A DNA stretch of 64,000 nt from Alphaproteobacteria bacterium. GTDB taxonomy: Bacteria; Pseudomonadota; Alphaproteobacteria; MPNO01; UBA830. The translations under genes and the position numbers were made by a program. Below the pieces are notes generated by a model, which saw only the letters and a list, made by a program, of their open reading frames with translations, was not told where the DNA came from and searched no databases. Shown one piece after another: positions 9,737-20,089 of this stretch (position 1 is its first letter; every line of letters begins with the position of its first letter). The stretch lies in contig OZ251539.1 of assembly GCA_965243135.1 (NCBI GenBank), forward strand, positions 3,872,001 through 3,936,000, in the 5' to 3' direction.

Positions 9737-10912
9737 CTATATTGCGCCATCTTCGCGCAACCCGGCGACCGCCCCGTCATCGTATCCAAGGCCGGCGAGG
9801 ATGTCTCGCGTGTGCTCTCCGCGCTCGGGAGCCGCGCTGCGAATGCCGCGCGGCGCGCGGCTCATGTTCAACGCCGGGCCGACGACCCGCATGTCTCCGC
9901 GGGTCGGCGAGCGCACGGGCGCGGCGAGTCCGAGATGCCTGACTTGCGGGTCGGCGAAGACCCTGTCGATCGCGTGAATCGGCCCGCAAGGCACGCCGGC
10001 GTCGTTCAGGAGCTCGACCCACTCGGCGCCGGTCCGCCGCCGGGTGTATTCGGAAATCGCGGCGTTGAGGGCGTCCCGGTTGTCCGACCGCAGCCGCCCC
10101 GTCGCGTAGTCGGGATTGGCGGCAAGTTCGTCCGCGCCCAGCGCGCGGCAGAGCCGCTCGAACATATTCTGCCCTCCCGCCGCGATGTTGATGTGCCCGT
10201 CGCTGCAAGGATAGACGCCGGTCGGGATCGAGGTCGGGTGATTGTTTCCGGCCTGGGGCGGCACCTCGCCGCCGATCAGCCAGCGCGCCGCCTGGAAATC
10301 CAGCATGGAGACGAGCGACTCCAGAAGCGACGTGTGCACCCATTGCCCTTCTCCCGAGACCTCGCGTTCGAGAAGCGCGACGAGAATGCCCACGGCGCAG
10401 TAGAGGCCGGCCGAAAGATCTGCCACCGCCGTGCCGGCGCGAACCGGTCCCTGGCCCGGCAGGCCGGTGACCGACATCAGCCCGCCCAGGCCCTGGGCGA
10501 TCTGGTCGACGCCGGGACGGTCCCGGTAAGGGCCGTCCTGTCCGAACCCGGAAATCGACCCCAGAACGATTCCCGGATTGACGGCCCGGAGCGTTTCGTA
10601 ATCGATGCCGAGACGGCGTTTCACGTCGGGCCGGTAGTTCTCCACGACCACGTCGGCCTCGCGGACGAGCCGGAGGAAGATTTCGCGGCCCGCGCGCGCC
10701 TTCAGATTGAGGGTGAGAGAGCGCTTGTTGCGATGAAGATTCTGGAAATCCGGGCCGTGCCGGTCGCCCGTGACGCCTTCCTTGCCGTCGGCCGGCATCT
10801 CGATCATTATGCAGTCCGCGCCCCAGTCGGCCAGTTGCCGTACGCAGGCGGGACCTGCGCGAACCCGCGTCAGATCGAGAACCCTGAAGCGGGCGAGCGG
10901 CAATGGCGACAC
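9737..10912 (-). CDS. CaiB/BaiF family III CoA-transferase
   Basis: RVLDLTRVRAGP, HRNKRSLTLNLK, ADVVVENYRP, ISGFGQDGPY. Confidence 0.93.
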   Translation of the reverse strand: MSPLPLARFRVLDLTRVRAGPACVRQLADWGADCIMIEMPADGKEGVTGDRHGPDFQNLHRNKRSLTLNLKARAGREIFLRLVREADVVVENYRPDVKRRLGIDYETLRAVNPGIVLGSISGFGQDGPYRDRPGVDQIAQGLGGLMSVTGLPGQGPVRAGTAVADLSAGLYCAVGILVALLEREVSGEGQWVHTSLLESLVSMLDFQAARWLIGGEVPPQAGNNHPTSIPTGVYPCSDGHINIAAGGQNMFERLCRALGADELAANPDYATGRLRSDNRDALNAAISEYTRRRTGAEWVELLNDAGVPCGPIHAIDRVFADPQVRHLGLAAPVRSPTRGDMRVVGPALNMSRAPRGIRSAAPERGEHTRDILAGLGYDDGAVAGLREDGAI

Positions 10913-11057
10913 GGAACGAACCTCCGGCGGCGATGTTCGATCAAGGTGAAACGCCGCGGCGCCCGTGTCAATCGGCGCGACCGCTTCGCCTCGAGCCTCG
11001 GTCGAAAAGGCCTTGCGGAACGAAGCGAAGCGCGTTATCTTCTCTTCCCGTTCCGGT

Positions 11058-11134
11058 CGGAGTGTAGCTCAGCCTGGTAGAGCACTGTCTTCGGGAGGCA
11101 GGGGCCGGTGGTTCGAATCCACTCACTCCGACCA
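11058..11134 (+). tRNA. tRNA-Pro (anticodon CGG)
   Basis: Cloverleaf CGGAGTG...CACTCCG-ACCA; D loop AGCCTGGTAG; anticodon stem CTGTC/GGCAG with loop TTCGGGA; T loop GTTCGAATC. Confidence 0.97.
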
Positions 11135-11232
11135 GCCGTATCCCGCAATTCGCATTTTCCTCGACTCGCGGTCCGCGCCGAGACCCGTTCTCGTCCGCCG
11201 CCTCGCGCAACTTCCGCATGCCCGAACGGCCG

Positions 11233-12591
11233 TCAGCCGCCGACCTCGACGAGCCGAACCTTCCCGCTCTCGCGGGGAAGCGCGCCGGGCGGCAGCCACC
11301 GTATCTCCGGCGAAACCCGCAGGGTGCGACGGCAACGGGCGACGATTTCTCCGGCCAGCGCGTCGAGACCGTCCGCGGATTCGCCCTCCCCGAACTCCAC
11401 GCGCAGGCGAAGCGGCGGCGGCGCCAGCGGTCCCGGACGGTCGAGCGCAATCCGGAAGTGTCCGGTGACGCGCGGACGAAAAGCGGCGACGACGTCCGCG
11501 ATCGCCGACGGATACACGTTTACGCCTTTCACGATCAACATGTCGTCGACGCGACCGACAATCTTGAACAGCCGTCCCGGCGTCGGGAGGTTCGCCGGCT
11601 CGTCCCAGACCTGGATGAGGTCGCCGAGGGCGTAGCGCATGAAGGGCGTCCCTTCCCAGTCCAGGAAGGTGAAGACCATTTCGCCGATCGCGCCGTTCGT
11701 CTGCGCGACGGGTTCCCGGCTTTGCGGATCGATCAGTTCGAGCAGGCAATGGTCCTCCGAAACGAACTGCATGCCCGAGCAGCGCTCCGGCGGCTCGTCG
11801 GGAGAGATGCCGTGAAAGGCGTGCCCGCCGCCCGTATGGTCGAAGATCCTCGCGCCGAAGCCCTCGGCGAGGGCCTTCCGGACTTCCGGCATGCCGCCGC
11901 CGGGCTCGCCGGCGCAGAAGAACGTCCGCAGGCCGAGCGCCGCGGCCGGCTTCCCGGCGCGCTTCGGGCTTTCCTCGATCAGGTAAAGGCCGAAAGACGG
12001 CGTCGCGATGATCGCCCGAGGCCGGGTGAGTTCGATGAACCGCAACACGCGCTCGGTTCCCCCCTCGATGCCGACCGGAACGATGCAGGCGCCGAGATGC
12101 TGCACGCCCTGGGACACGGGAAGCCCGCCGGTGAACATGCTGAGCGAGACCGCCTGGATCATGACGTGGCCGGGACGAAGCCCGGCGCGCCAATACTTGC
12201 GCCCGTTCATCTCGTTTATGACCGCGACGTCGCGGGCGGTATGGGTGTAGAGGGTCGGAACGCCGGTCGTTCCGGAGGTCGAGACGATGCGCACGATCCT
12301 CTCGGCCGGCGCGCACGCGAGCAGCGCGTAGGGATTCCCGTACCGTTCGAGCGATTCCTGCTGCGACGCCCTGTGCTCCTCCTTCCCCATCAGCGGCAGC
12401 TTCGCGAAATCGTCGAAGTCTCCGATGTCCTCGGGGCGCGCGCCGACCGAGGCGAACTGGCGCCGGTAGAACTCCGAATTGTCGTGGTTGTACGTCAGTT
12501 GCCTCAGGAGGCGCCGGAGCTGCAAGGCCCGAATTTCGTCGCGCGACAGGGTCTCGACATCCGGATTCCACAAGAGGCGTTCGGTCGTCAT
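11233..12591 (-). CDS. phenylacetate-CoA ligase (PaaK-like) family protein
   Basis: STSGTTGVP P-loop, AGEPGG, RYALGDL, GRVDDMLIVKGVNVYP. Confidence 0.88.
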   Translation of the reverse strand: MTTERLLWNPDVETLSRDEIRALQLRRLLRQLTYNHDNSEFYRRQFASVGARPEDIGDFDDFAKLPLMGKEEHRASQQESLERYGNPYALLACAPAERIVRIVSTSGTTGVPTLYTHTARDVAVINEMNGRKYWRAGLRPGHVMIQAVSLSMFTGGLPVSQGVQHLGACIVPVGIEGGTERVLRFIELTRPRAIIATPSFGLYLIEESPKRAGKPAAALGLRTFFCAGEPGGGMPEVRKALAEGFGARIFDHTGGGHAFHGISPDEPPERCSGMQFVSEDHCLLELIDPQSREPVAQTNGAIGEMVFTFLDWEGTPFMRYALGDLIQVWDEPANLPTPGRLFKIVGRVDDMLIVKGVNVYPSAIADVVAAFRPRVTGHFRIALDRPGPLAPPPLRLRVEFGEGESADGLDALAGEIVARCRRTLRVSPEIRWLPPGALPRESGKVRLVEVGG

Positions 12592-14891
12592 CCGCCGGTC
12601 TCCAAGCTCCCCGCGGAAGCGCCCGGCCGCGGGTTCGTCGCCGCCAGGACCGCCTCCGGCCGGAGCGGCAGACTGTAGAGCGGCTCAAGATCGGCGCGCG
12701 GCCCGGCAATCCGCGAGACGGCGTTGACGACGGCCGGCGGCGCGGGCATGACGCCGCCTTCTCCCACGCCCCGCACCCCGAGCGGATTGGTCGTCGGCGC
12801 CGAGCGTACGTGGTCGAGCCGGACCCGCGGCGCTTCGGCCGCCGTCATCACGAGGTAGTCGGCGAGCGTTCCGGTCAGCAACTGTCCGTTCTCGTCATAG
12901 AGGATTTCCGAAAGCGCCGCGCATCCCATGCCTTCGACCGCGCCGCCGACGATCTGGCCCTCGACGATCATCTCGTTCAGCATCCTGCCCGCATCGTGCA
13001 AAACGTAGTAGTCGACGATCCTGACGCGGCCCGATTGCCGGTCGACGGCGACCCTTGCGGCGTGCACCGAGAGCGCGAACGTCAGCGCGCCCCGGCTATC
13101 GTGCACGAACTCCGCCTCCAGGGCCGCGGCGCCCGCGTGAAGCTGTCCGCCGGGCGAGACGGCGCGGGCAATCTCGGCGAGCGACAGTCCGGTCGTTTCG
13201 CCGTCGCGACAGGCTATCGCGCCGCGCCGCATCTCTAGCTCTTCGGGCCGGCGCTGCAGGAGCGCGCCGGCGCATTCGAGAATCTTGGCGCGAAGCCGGC
13301 GGGCCGCCCCGGCAACGGCGTTGGCGCCGACGACGGCGCCCCGGCTCGCGAACGTGCCGTGCCCGAACGCAAGGGCGTCGGTGTCGCCCAGCCACACCTG
13401 CTCCGGGGCGACGCCGAGTATTTCCGCGACCACGCTCGCGCAGGCCGTCGCCTGCCCCTGGCCCTGGGTCGTCAAACCCGAGCACAGGGCCACATTACCC
13501 GCCCCGTCGACCCTTATTCTTGCGGCTTCGAGGCCGACGAACCCCGTCGCCTCGATCCCGCAGGCAAGGCCCCACGCGGCCCGCTCGCCGGAGGGCAACG
13601 TTTCGACGCTTTCGTCGTACCCGCTGCGATCCGCCGCGCGGCGCACCATCGCGGGAAAGTCGCCGCTCTCGAAACGCGCTCCCGGACCGGCGTAGGGTAT
13701 GGAGGGCGCGTAGGGCATGTCGCGGGGCGCCACGATGTTGCGAAGCCGAACCTCGCTCGCGGAGATCCCCAGGTCCGCGGCGACGAGATCGAGCATGCAT
13801 TCCAACGGGAACGTCGCTTCAGGTTGGCCTGCGCCGCGATAAGTGGCGGCGGGCGTCTTGTTGGTGCCGACGCAAAGCGCGTTCACTTCGACATTCGGAA
13901 TCCCGTAAGGGCCGGCGCATTGTCCGGCGGCGACCTCGGCCGCAAGAACCCCGCTGGCGGCGACGTAGGCGCCGATATCGACGATCAGTCTCGCGCGCAG
14001 CGCATGAATTCGGCCGTCGTCGTCGTAGCCGACTTCGATCCTGGTGTCCGTCGCGCGCGAATGGGTCGTCGCGCGAAGGCTTTCCGCCCTGTCTTCTATC
14101 CACTTGACGGGCCGTCCGAGCAACCGGCTCGCGTAACTGACGACGATTTCCTCGGGGTAGGGTCTCGATTTGGCGCCGAACCCGCCGCCAACGTCTTCGG
14201 CGACGACGCGCACGGCCTGTTCGGGAAGGTCGAGCAATTCCGCCAGGTTGGCGCGAACGCTGTAATGAGTCTGCGTCGACACCCAAGCCGTCAACCTGCC
14301 GCGGCCCGCGTCGAATTCCGCGACGCAGCCGCGAGGTTCGAGAGGCAGGCCCGACTGGCGGCCGAAACGGAAGCGGCGCGAGAGCCGCCTTGGGCACCTG
14401 TCCATGACGTCGGCGGCGTCGCCCGCCCGGTTGACGAGTTCGGCCGCCACGTTGTCCGTCCATTCGTCGTGAAGCCCGATCGCTCCCGGCGCCATCGCGG
14501 CTTCCGCCGTCGCGAGAACGGGCAAGGGCCGGTAATCGACCTCGACCAGAGGCGCCAGATCCTCGGCCCGGTACCGGTCGTCGGCGACCAGCAAAGCGAC
14601 GGGCTCGCCCACGTATCGGACCCGGTCGACGGCGAGAAGCGGCGGCTTGCCGCCGCGGATGTTCGGATTCCAGTAACGGGCCGCAAGCCGCCGCTCGATG
14701 AAGGGCAGGTCGCGGGCGGCGAGAACCGCCCGCGCGCCGGCGGACAGAGCGCGGGACGCATCGATCGAAACCACCTTCGCGTGCGCCATCGGGCTGCGCA
14801 GAAAGACGCCGTGAACCATCCGGTCGAGATGAATGTCGTCGGCGAACCGCGCCCGCGCCCTAAGAAGTCTGGGATCCTCGCGCCGGCCCAT
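12588..14891 (-). CDS. xanthine dehydrogenase/CoxL-like molybdopterin-binding large subunit
   Basis: RREDPRLL, VGGGFGAK, TYRGAGQPE, QGQG, GVRGVGEGG. Confidence 0.9.
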   Translation of the reverse strand: MGRREDPRLLRARARFADDIHLDRMVHGVFLRSPMAHAKVVSIDASRALSAGARAVLAARDLPFIERRLAARYWNPNIRGGKPPLLAVDRVRYVGEPVALLVADDRYRAEDLAPLVEVDYRPLPVLATAEAAMAPGAIGLHDEWTDNVAAELVNRAGDAADVMDRCPRRLSRRFRFGRQSGLPLEPRGCVAEFDAGRGRLTAWVSTQTHYSVRANLAELLDLPEQAVRVVAEDVGGGFGAKSRPYPEEIVVSYASRLLGRPVKWIEDRAESLRATTHSRATDTRIEVGYDDDGRIHALRARLIVDIGAYVAASGVLAAEVAAGQCAGPYGIPNVEVNALCVGTNKTPAATYRGAGQPEATFPLECMLDLVAADLGISASEVRLRNIVAPRDMPYAPSIPYAGPGARFESGDFPAMVRRAADRSGYDESVETLPSGERAAWGLACGIEATGFVGLEAARIRVDGAGNVALCSGLTTQGQGQATACASVVAEILGVAPEQVWLGDTDALAFGHGTFASRGAVVGANAVAGAARRLRAKILECAGALLQRRPEELEMRRGAIACRDGETTGLSLAEIARAVSPGGQLHAGAAALEAEFVHDSRGALTFALSVHAARVAVDRQSGRVRIVDYYVLHDAGRMLNEMIVEGQIVGGAVEGMGCAALSEILYDENGQLLTGTLADYLVMTAAEAPRVRLDHVRSAPTTNPLGVRGVGEGGVMPAPPAVVNAVSRIAGPRADLEPLYSLPLRPEAVLAATNPRPGASAGSLETGG

Positions 14892-14963
14892 CGGCTACGA
14901 ACGGGCCTGCAGGGCCGGACGGTCCGGCCGAGGGCGAAAGGCGGAAGGCCTGCGGTCCATCGC

Positions 14964-15749
14964 TCAGAAAAGAGGTCCCTTGTTGACCATGCCGCCGTCC
15001 ACCGTGACGATCGTGCCGGTCGTGTAGGCTGACAGGTCCGACGCGAGAAAGATCGCCATGTGAGCGATTTCGTCCACCGTCGCGGCGCGGCCGAAGGCGA
15101 ACGGATCGAGGAATTCCTCGTAACGGCTCTCGTCGTTCCACTTGTCGCGCGCCGCCTTCTTCATCATGCTCACCAGCTTCTCGGTCGCGACGGGACCCGG
15201 ATTGAGGCCGACCACCCTGACGCCGTCCTTCGGCGAATCTCCGCCCAACGCCCGCGTGAAGGCCATCAACGCCGCGTTGCCGGTGCTGCCGCAGATATAG
15301 TCGGAAACCGGTTTCTCGCCGCCGTTGCCGATGACGTTCAGTATCACGCCGCTCCCCCGCGCCTTCATGGCCGCGTAGAAGTGGCGGCAGAGATTGATGG
15401 CGCCGAATACTTTGAGGTCCCAGACCTCCCGCCACTGCGTCTCCGCGATTTCGTCGATCTTCCCTTTTGGAATCGCGCCGGCCGAGTTGACGAGAATGTC
15501 CGCGTCCGGACAGGCGGCGAACAACGCGCGCTGGTTTTCGCTTTTGCCGAGGTCCAGCGGGCAGCACGTCACCGACACGCCGCGAGCGGCTTCGAGCTCC
15601 GCCTTCAGTTCGTCGAGCCGCTCCGCATTGCGCGAGGCCACGAACAGGTTCGCGCCCTGAGCGGCCAGGCCGGAGGCGATGGCGCGCCCGATGCCTTCGG
15701 AAGCGCCGGTGACCACGGCGCATCGCCCTTCAAGCCCTGTATCAAGCAC
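14964..15749 (-). CDS. SDR family oxidoreductase
   Basis: TGASEGIG, NSAG, VTVDGG; GTG start with GGAGG RBS. Confidence 0.88.
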   Translation of the reverse strand: MLDTGLEGRCAVVTGASEGIGRAIASGLAAQGANLFVASRNAERLDELKAELEAARGVSVTCCPLDLGKSENQRALFAACPDADILVNSAGAIPKGKIDEIAETQWREVWDLKVFGAINLCRHFYAAMKARGSGVILNVIGNGGEKPVSDYICGSTGNAALMAFTRALGGDSPKDGVRVVGLNPGPVATEKLVSMMKKAARDKWNDESRYEEFLDPFAFGRAATVDEIAHMAIFLASDLSAYTTGTIVTVDGGMVNKGPLF

Positions 15750-16349
15750 CGTTCGCCTCCCTTGCGGACGGACTCTCCGCTTGCCCGCCTCGCTTCGCGA
15801 CGCCTGCGTCCCCGACCATAGTTCGCCCTTCCAGTCCGGAAGCAAGGACAGTATGGATTTTTCCTCTCGTTCGCGGAAGGTCCAGGCTGCGGCCTGTCGT
15901 CCTGCCGATTTGGAAGCGTCCGGCGAACGCGCACGGCCCCGTGCCGCGAAGCCCGCGCGTCCGGAAACGGACTCTCGCCGACACGCCGCGGCGCGACGAG
16001 AAGTCGAGGCTGCCGTCTCCGTCAGCCGCAGGTCGGCTTCTCGCGGCGACGGCAACCGTTCTCGCGGATCTTGCGGAAGGTGCCGACGGACGGCTCGCGT
16101 CTCGTCGCGCCGCAAGCGCCGCCCGAAAGGACGCGCGGCGTCATGCTCCACGGCGTCGACAGCGAACAACACGAACGAGCTTGCGCTCCGGAACGCCGTC
16201 GACGCGCGACATGGCCGGCGAAGCGCCCTATGTTATCGTCGGAGTTCAGTATGGATGAGGCGGCAATTCGTGCTTCGGGAAAGCATTGACGCTCCGTCCG
16301 GCAGACAGCCGGCATCGAGAAGACGAGCCGCGGCCGGTCGGCGGCGGCA

Positions 16350-16861
16350 ATGAAAGCATCGCGAACCGGATACCGCCTCGGCGTCGACGTAGGCGGCACG
16401 TTCACGGATTTCCTGCTGGTCGACGACGAGGGGAAAAGCCGCGTCTTCAAGACGCCCTCCACGCCGCGCGATCCTGCGGAAGCGGTGCTCGACGGCCTCG
16501 CGGAGATCGCCGCCGACCTCGGGCTTCCGGATTTCCTGGAACGGGTGGAGCGGATCGTCCACGGCACCACGGTGGCCACTAACGCGATACTGACCGGCGC
16601 GGCGGCGCGAACCGGCCTTCTGACGACCCGCGGTTTCCGGGACGCGCTGCAGATGAGGCGCGGCATTCGCGAAGAACGCTACGACAACAAGTGCACGGCG
16701 CCGGAACCCATCGTGCCGCGCTGGCTGCGGCTGCCGGCGCGGGAACGGATCGATCACCGCGGCAAGGAGGTCGCGCCGCTCGCGCTCGAAGACGTGGAAG
16801 CCGCCGCCAGGCTGTTCGACGAGGCCGGCGTCGAAGCGGCCGCCATCTGCTTCATGCACGC
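16350..16861 (+). pseudogene. hydantoinase/oxoprolinase A subunit, N-terminal part (IS-interrupted)
   Basis: GVDVGGTFTD, HGTTVATNA; ends ICFMHA at the IS insertion. Confidence 0.9.
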
Positions 16862-18510
16862 CAGCAATTCCCGCTAAGGCTCGAAACCCTTGAAAAATAT
16901 GGGGCCGGAAAAAAGTCTTTCGTGGACTTTTCGAGGTGATTCGGGGCTATTTGCCTTCGAGCGGAGCATTTTTCTCTGGAAAGTGGTCCGAAGGCGAGGC
17001 GGGATTGTAACCAAAATGGCCAGAATGCCAGGCATGCGCAAGACGCTCAGCGCTCCGGGATTGCTGAAGGAAGTGCGAGCTTGTTTCGACCGTATCGAAG
17101 ATCCGATCGCGAGCAGGGGGCTGAACCAGACGGACTGTCTGATGTCGGGTCTAGCGGTGTTCGGTATGAAGTATGCGTCGCTTCTGCAATTCGACGAGGC
17201 CGCGCACGCCGACGAAGTGGTTCGGCACAACCTCGCGACCTTATACGGCGTCAAGCGCGTGCCGTCGGACACTGCGATGCGCGAACGGCTTGACGAAGTC
17301 TGTCCGCGGCAATTGCGGCGTTGTTTCACGAAGATGTTCCAGGTTTTGCAACGAGGCAAGGGATTGGAAGAATACACTTGTCTGAACGGGCATTACGCTC
17401 TTTCGATCGATGGAACGGGATACTTCTCGTCGGACAAGGTGCACTGTAAAAATTGCTGCGAGAAACACCACCGCGACGGTACGATTACCTACTACCACCA
17501 GATGTTGGGAGCCGTTCTGGTGCATCCGGAACAAAAGGAGGTTTTTCCGTTTGCACCGGAACCGATCCTGAAGGAAGACGGCGCAAAAAAGAACGATTGC
17601 GAACGCAACGCAGCGAAACGGCTTCTGAAAGATGTGCGTCGCGAACACCCGCACCTGAAGCTGGTTGTGTTGGAAGATGGGCTGGCCTCGAACGGACCGC
17701 ATGCCAATCTTCTCAAGGAGTTAGACATGCGTTTCATACTGGGGGCGAAGCCCGGCGACCACAAGTTCCTGTTCGAGTGGGTCAACAACGCGCCGTCCGT
17801 GGAGCGCCGGGAGTTCACGGACGGTGACAACATACGGCACGAATTCCGGTATCTTAACGGAGTGCCTCTGAACGATACGCACTTCGACCTCAAAGTGAAC
17901 TTTCTCGAATACTGGGAGAAGCTCCCAAACGGCAAGAAACAACGTTTCTCCTGGGTCACGGATCTGCCAATTGACGAAGGGAACCTGATGGAGTTGATGC
18001 GCACCGGGCGGGCGCGCTGGAAGATCGAGAACGAAACTTTCAACACCCTGAAGAACCAAGGCTACTGCTTTGAGCACAACTTCGGTCACGGTAACAAGAA
18101 TCTGTCGACGGTCTTTGCGTTCCTGATGATGCTGGCGTTCCTGATTGACCAGATTCAACAGCGATGTTGCAAACTGTTCCAACAGGCGCAAACGAAGGCC
18201 AAGCGGCCCATTTACTTCTGGGAAAAGGCGCGGGGATTGTTTCTCGAATACTTCTTGAAGGACTGGGAAACACTCTACCGAATGATCGCGTTTGGATACC
18301 GGAAAGCAGAGGGAATTCCCTACGACACCTCCTGACCTGGCACCGTGACCGAATGTGCTAAAGCAAGTTTTTCAGGGGAAACAGGATGGTCAAGGCTAAG
18401 TCGGCACCAAGCCGAAGCGGGGAAGGTGCGTCGCGGCGGCTGGTCCCTCGGTAACGACGCTATCTCGACGCGCCTTTCGCAAAGGGCGGCCACCTTAGCG
18501 GGAATTTCTG
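16862..18510 (+). mobile_element. insertion sequence (ISNCY-like DDE), 1649 bp
   Basis: Terminal IRs CAGCAATTCCCGCTAAGG / CCTTAGCGGGAATTTCTG (17/18 match); 9-bp target duplication CATGCACGC at 16853-16861 and 18511-18519; lower GC. Confidence 0.95.
17016..18335 (+). CDS. DDE transposase
   Basis: SIDGTGYFSS, EDGL, RARWKIENETFNTLKNQGY; intact ORF inside the IS. Confidence 0.92.
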   Translation: MARMPGMRKTLSAPGLLKEVRACFDRIEDPIASRGLNQTDCLMSGLAVFGMKYASLLQFDEAAHADEVVRHNLATLYGVKRVPSDTAMRERLDEVCPRQLRRCFTKMFQVLQRGKGLEEYTCLNGHYALSIDGTGYFSSDKVHCKNCCEKHHRDGTITYYHQMLGAVLVHPEQKEVFPFAPEPILKEDGAKKNDCERNAAKRLLKDVRREHPHLKLVVLEDGLASNGPHANLLKELDMRFILGAKPGDHKFLFEWVNNAPSVERREFTDGDNIRHEFRYLNGVPLNDTHFDLKVNFLEYWEKLPNGKKQRFSWVTDLPIDEGNLMELMRTGRARWKIENETFNTLKNQGYCFEHNFGHGNKNLSTVFAFLMMLAFLIDQIQQRCCKLFQQAQTKAKRPIYFWEKARGLFLEYFLKDWETLYRMIAFGYRKAEGIPYDTS

Positions 18511-20089
18511 CATGCACGCCTACGCCAACGATGCCCACGAGCGCGCCGCCGCGAAGCGGCTGCGGGAATTTCTGCCCGAACTCTACGTCTCGATTTCCTC
18601 CGAAGTCCTGCCCCAGGTGCGCTTCTACGAACGCGTCAGCACGACGGTTCTGAACGCCGCCGTCGGTCCGATCCTCGAGGCGTACATCGACCGCCTGGCG
18701 GCGCGGCTCGGGCAGGCGGGTTTCTCGGGCGCGCTGTGGATCATGCAATCCAACGGCGGCGTGTGCGCGCCGGAAGCGGCGGCGCGCCGGCCGGCGCACG
18801 CGCTGCTGTCGGGGCCCGCCGCCGGACCCGTCGCGGGACTCTCCTGCGCCGGGCGCAGAAACGAAAACAGCTTCATAACCATCGACATGGGCGGAACGAG
18901 CTTCGAGGCCTGCCTCGTGCGGGACGGCGCGCCGACGATAACGACGGACGCCACCGTCGGACGCTTCGCAATGGCGCTGCCGTCCATGGACATCAAGAGC
19001 ATCGGCGCGGGCGGCGGCTCCATCGCCTGGATCGACAGCGGCGGCCTTCTTCACATGGGACCGCAAAGCGCCGGCGCCAGGCCCGGCCCCGCTTGCTACG
19101 GTCTCGGCGGAAACGAACCGACCTGCAGCGACGCCAACCTCCTGCTGGGATATCTTTCGGCCGGGCGGTTCGCCGGAGGCCGCCTCCCTCTCGACGCGGA
19201 TCGCGCGCGCGACGCGATCGAGAAACGCATCGCCGTCCCTCTCGGCTGCGACGCGACCGAAGCGGCCGCCGGCATGTACCGGCTCCTGAACACGGCCATG
19301 GCGGCCGCGATTCGCGAGATTTCCGTCGAGCGCGGCGTGGACCCGCGCGACTTTCCCATGATCTGCGCGGGAGGAGCCGGCGCGATCCATGCCGCGATGA
19401 TCGCCCGCGAAGTCGGCATCCGGCAGGTGCTGGTTCCCTGCGACGCTTCGGTCTTCTGCGCCGCGGGCATGATGCATGCGGATCTGCGGCACGATTTCGT
19501 GCGATCGTGCGCGGCGCCGCTGGCGAACGGCGCGCTGGACCGCCTGCCCGTCCTGATGGCGGAGATGGAGGACGAAGGGCGTCGCGCGCTCGCGGGCATG
19601 ACGGAAATGCGGTTCGATCATGCGCTCGACCTCCGCTATGTCGGCCAATACCATGAAGTGCGGGTGGATCGGATTCCCGAAGAGGCGATCGAGGGCCCCG
19701 ACCCCGAGATCGTCCGGAAGTCGTTCCACGAGGCGCACGAACGGCTCTACGGCTACGCGCTCGAAGACGCGCCTGTGGAACTGATCAACGCCAGGCTCGC
19801 CGCGGTGGGGATTACGGAAAAACCCGCGCCGACCGAGCAACCCGAAGCCGGAGACGACCCGGAACCCGCCTTCCGCGAGCGGCGCAGGATCTTTCTGCCC
19901 GAGGGCCGGCGTTTTTCGGAAGCGCCGGTCTACGACGGCGACAGGCTTTCTCACGGCAACCGCCTCGCAGGACCGGCCGTCGTCGAAACCGCGGTGACGA
20001 CCATCCTCGTGCCCGAGGATTTCGCGCTGTTCGTCGATCGCTTCGGAACCGCGGTGCTCACCGACGAATCCCGGAGCGCCGGCCCTTGA
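18511..20089 (+). pseudogene. hydantoinase/oxoprolinase A subunit, C-terminal part
   Basis: Resumes MHAYANDAHE in frame after removing the IS plus one TSD; LSGPAAG, DMGGTSF, IGAGGGS, GPACYG. Confidence 0.9.

Noticed and set aside
11058-11134. tRNA-Pro as an island attachment site
   Set aside because: No integrase and no duplicated tRNA 3' end spotted in the window; flanks are host-like catabolic genes
12588-14891. True aerobic CO dehydrogenase (form I coxL)
   Set aside because: Lacks AYxCSFR; no coxM/coxS or accessory cox genes
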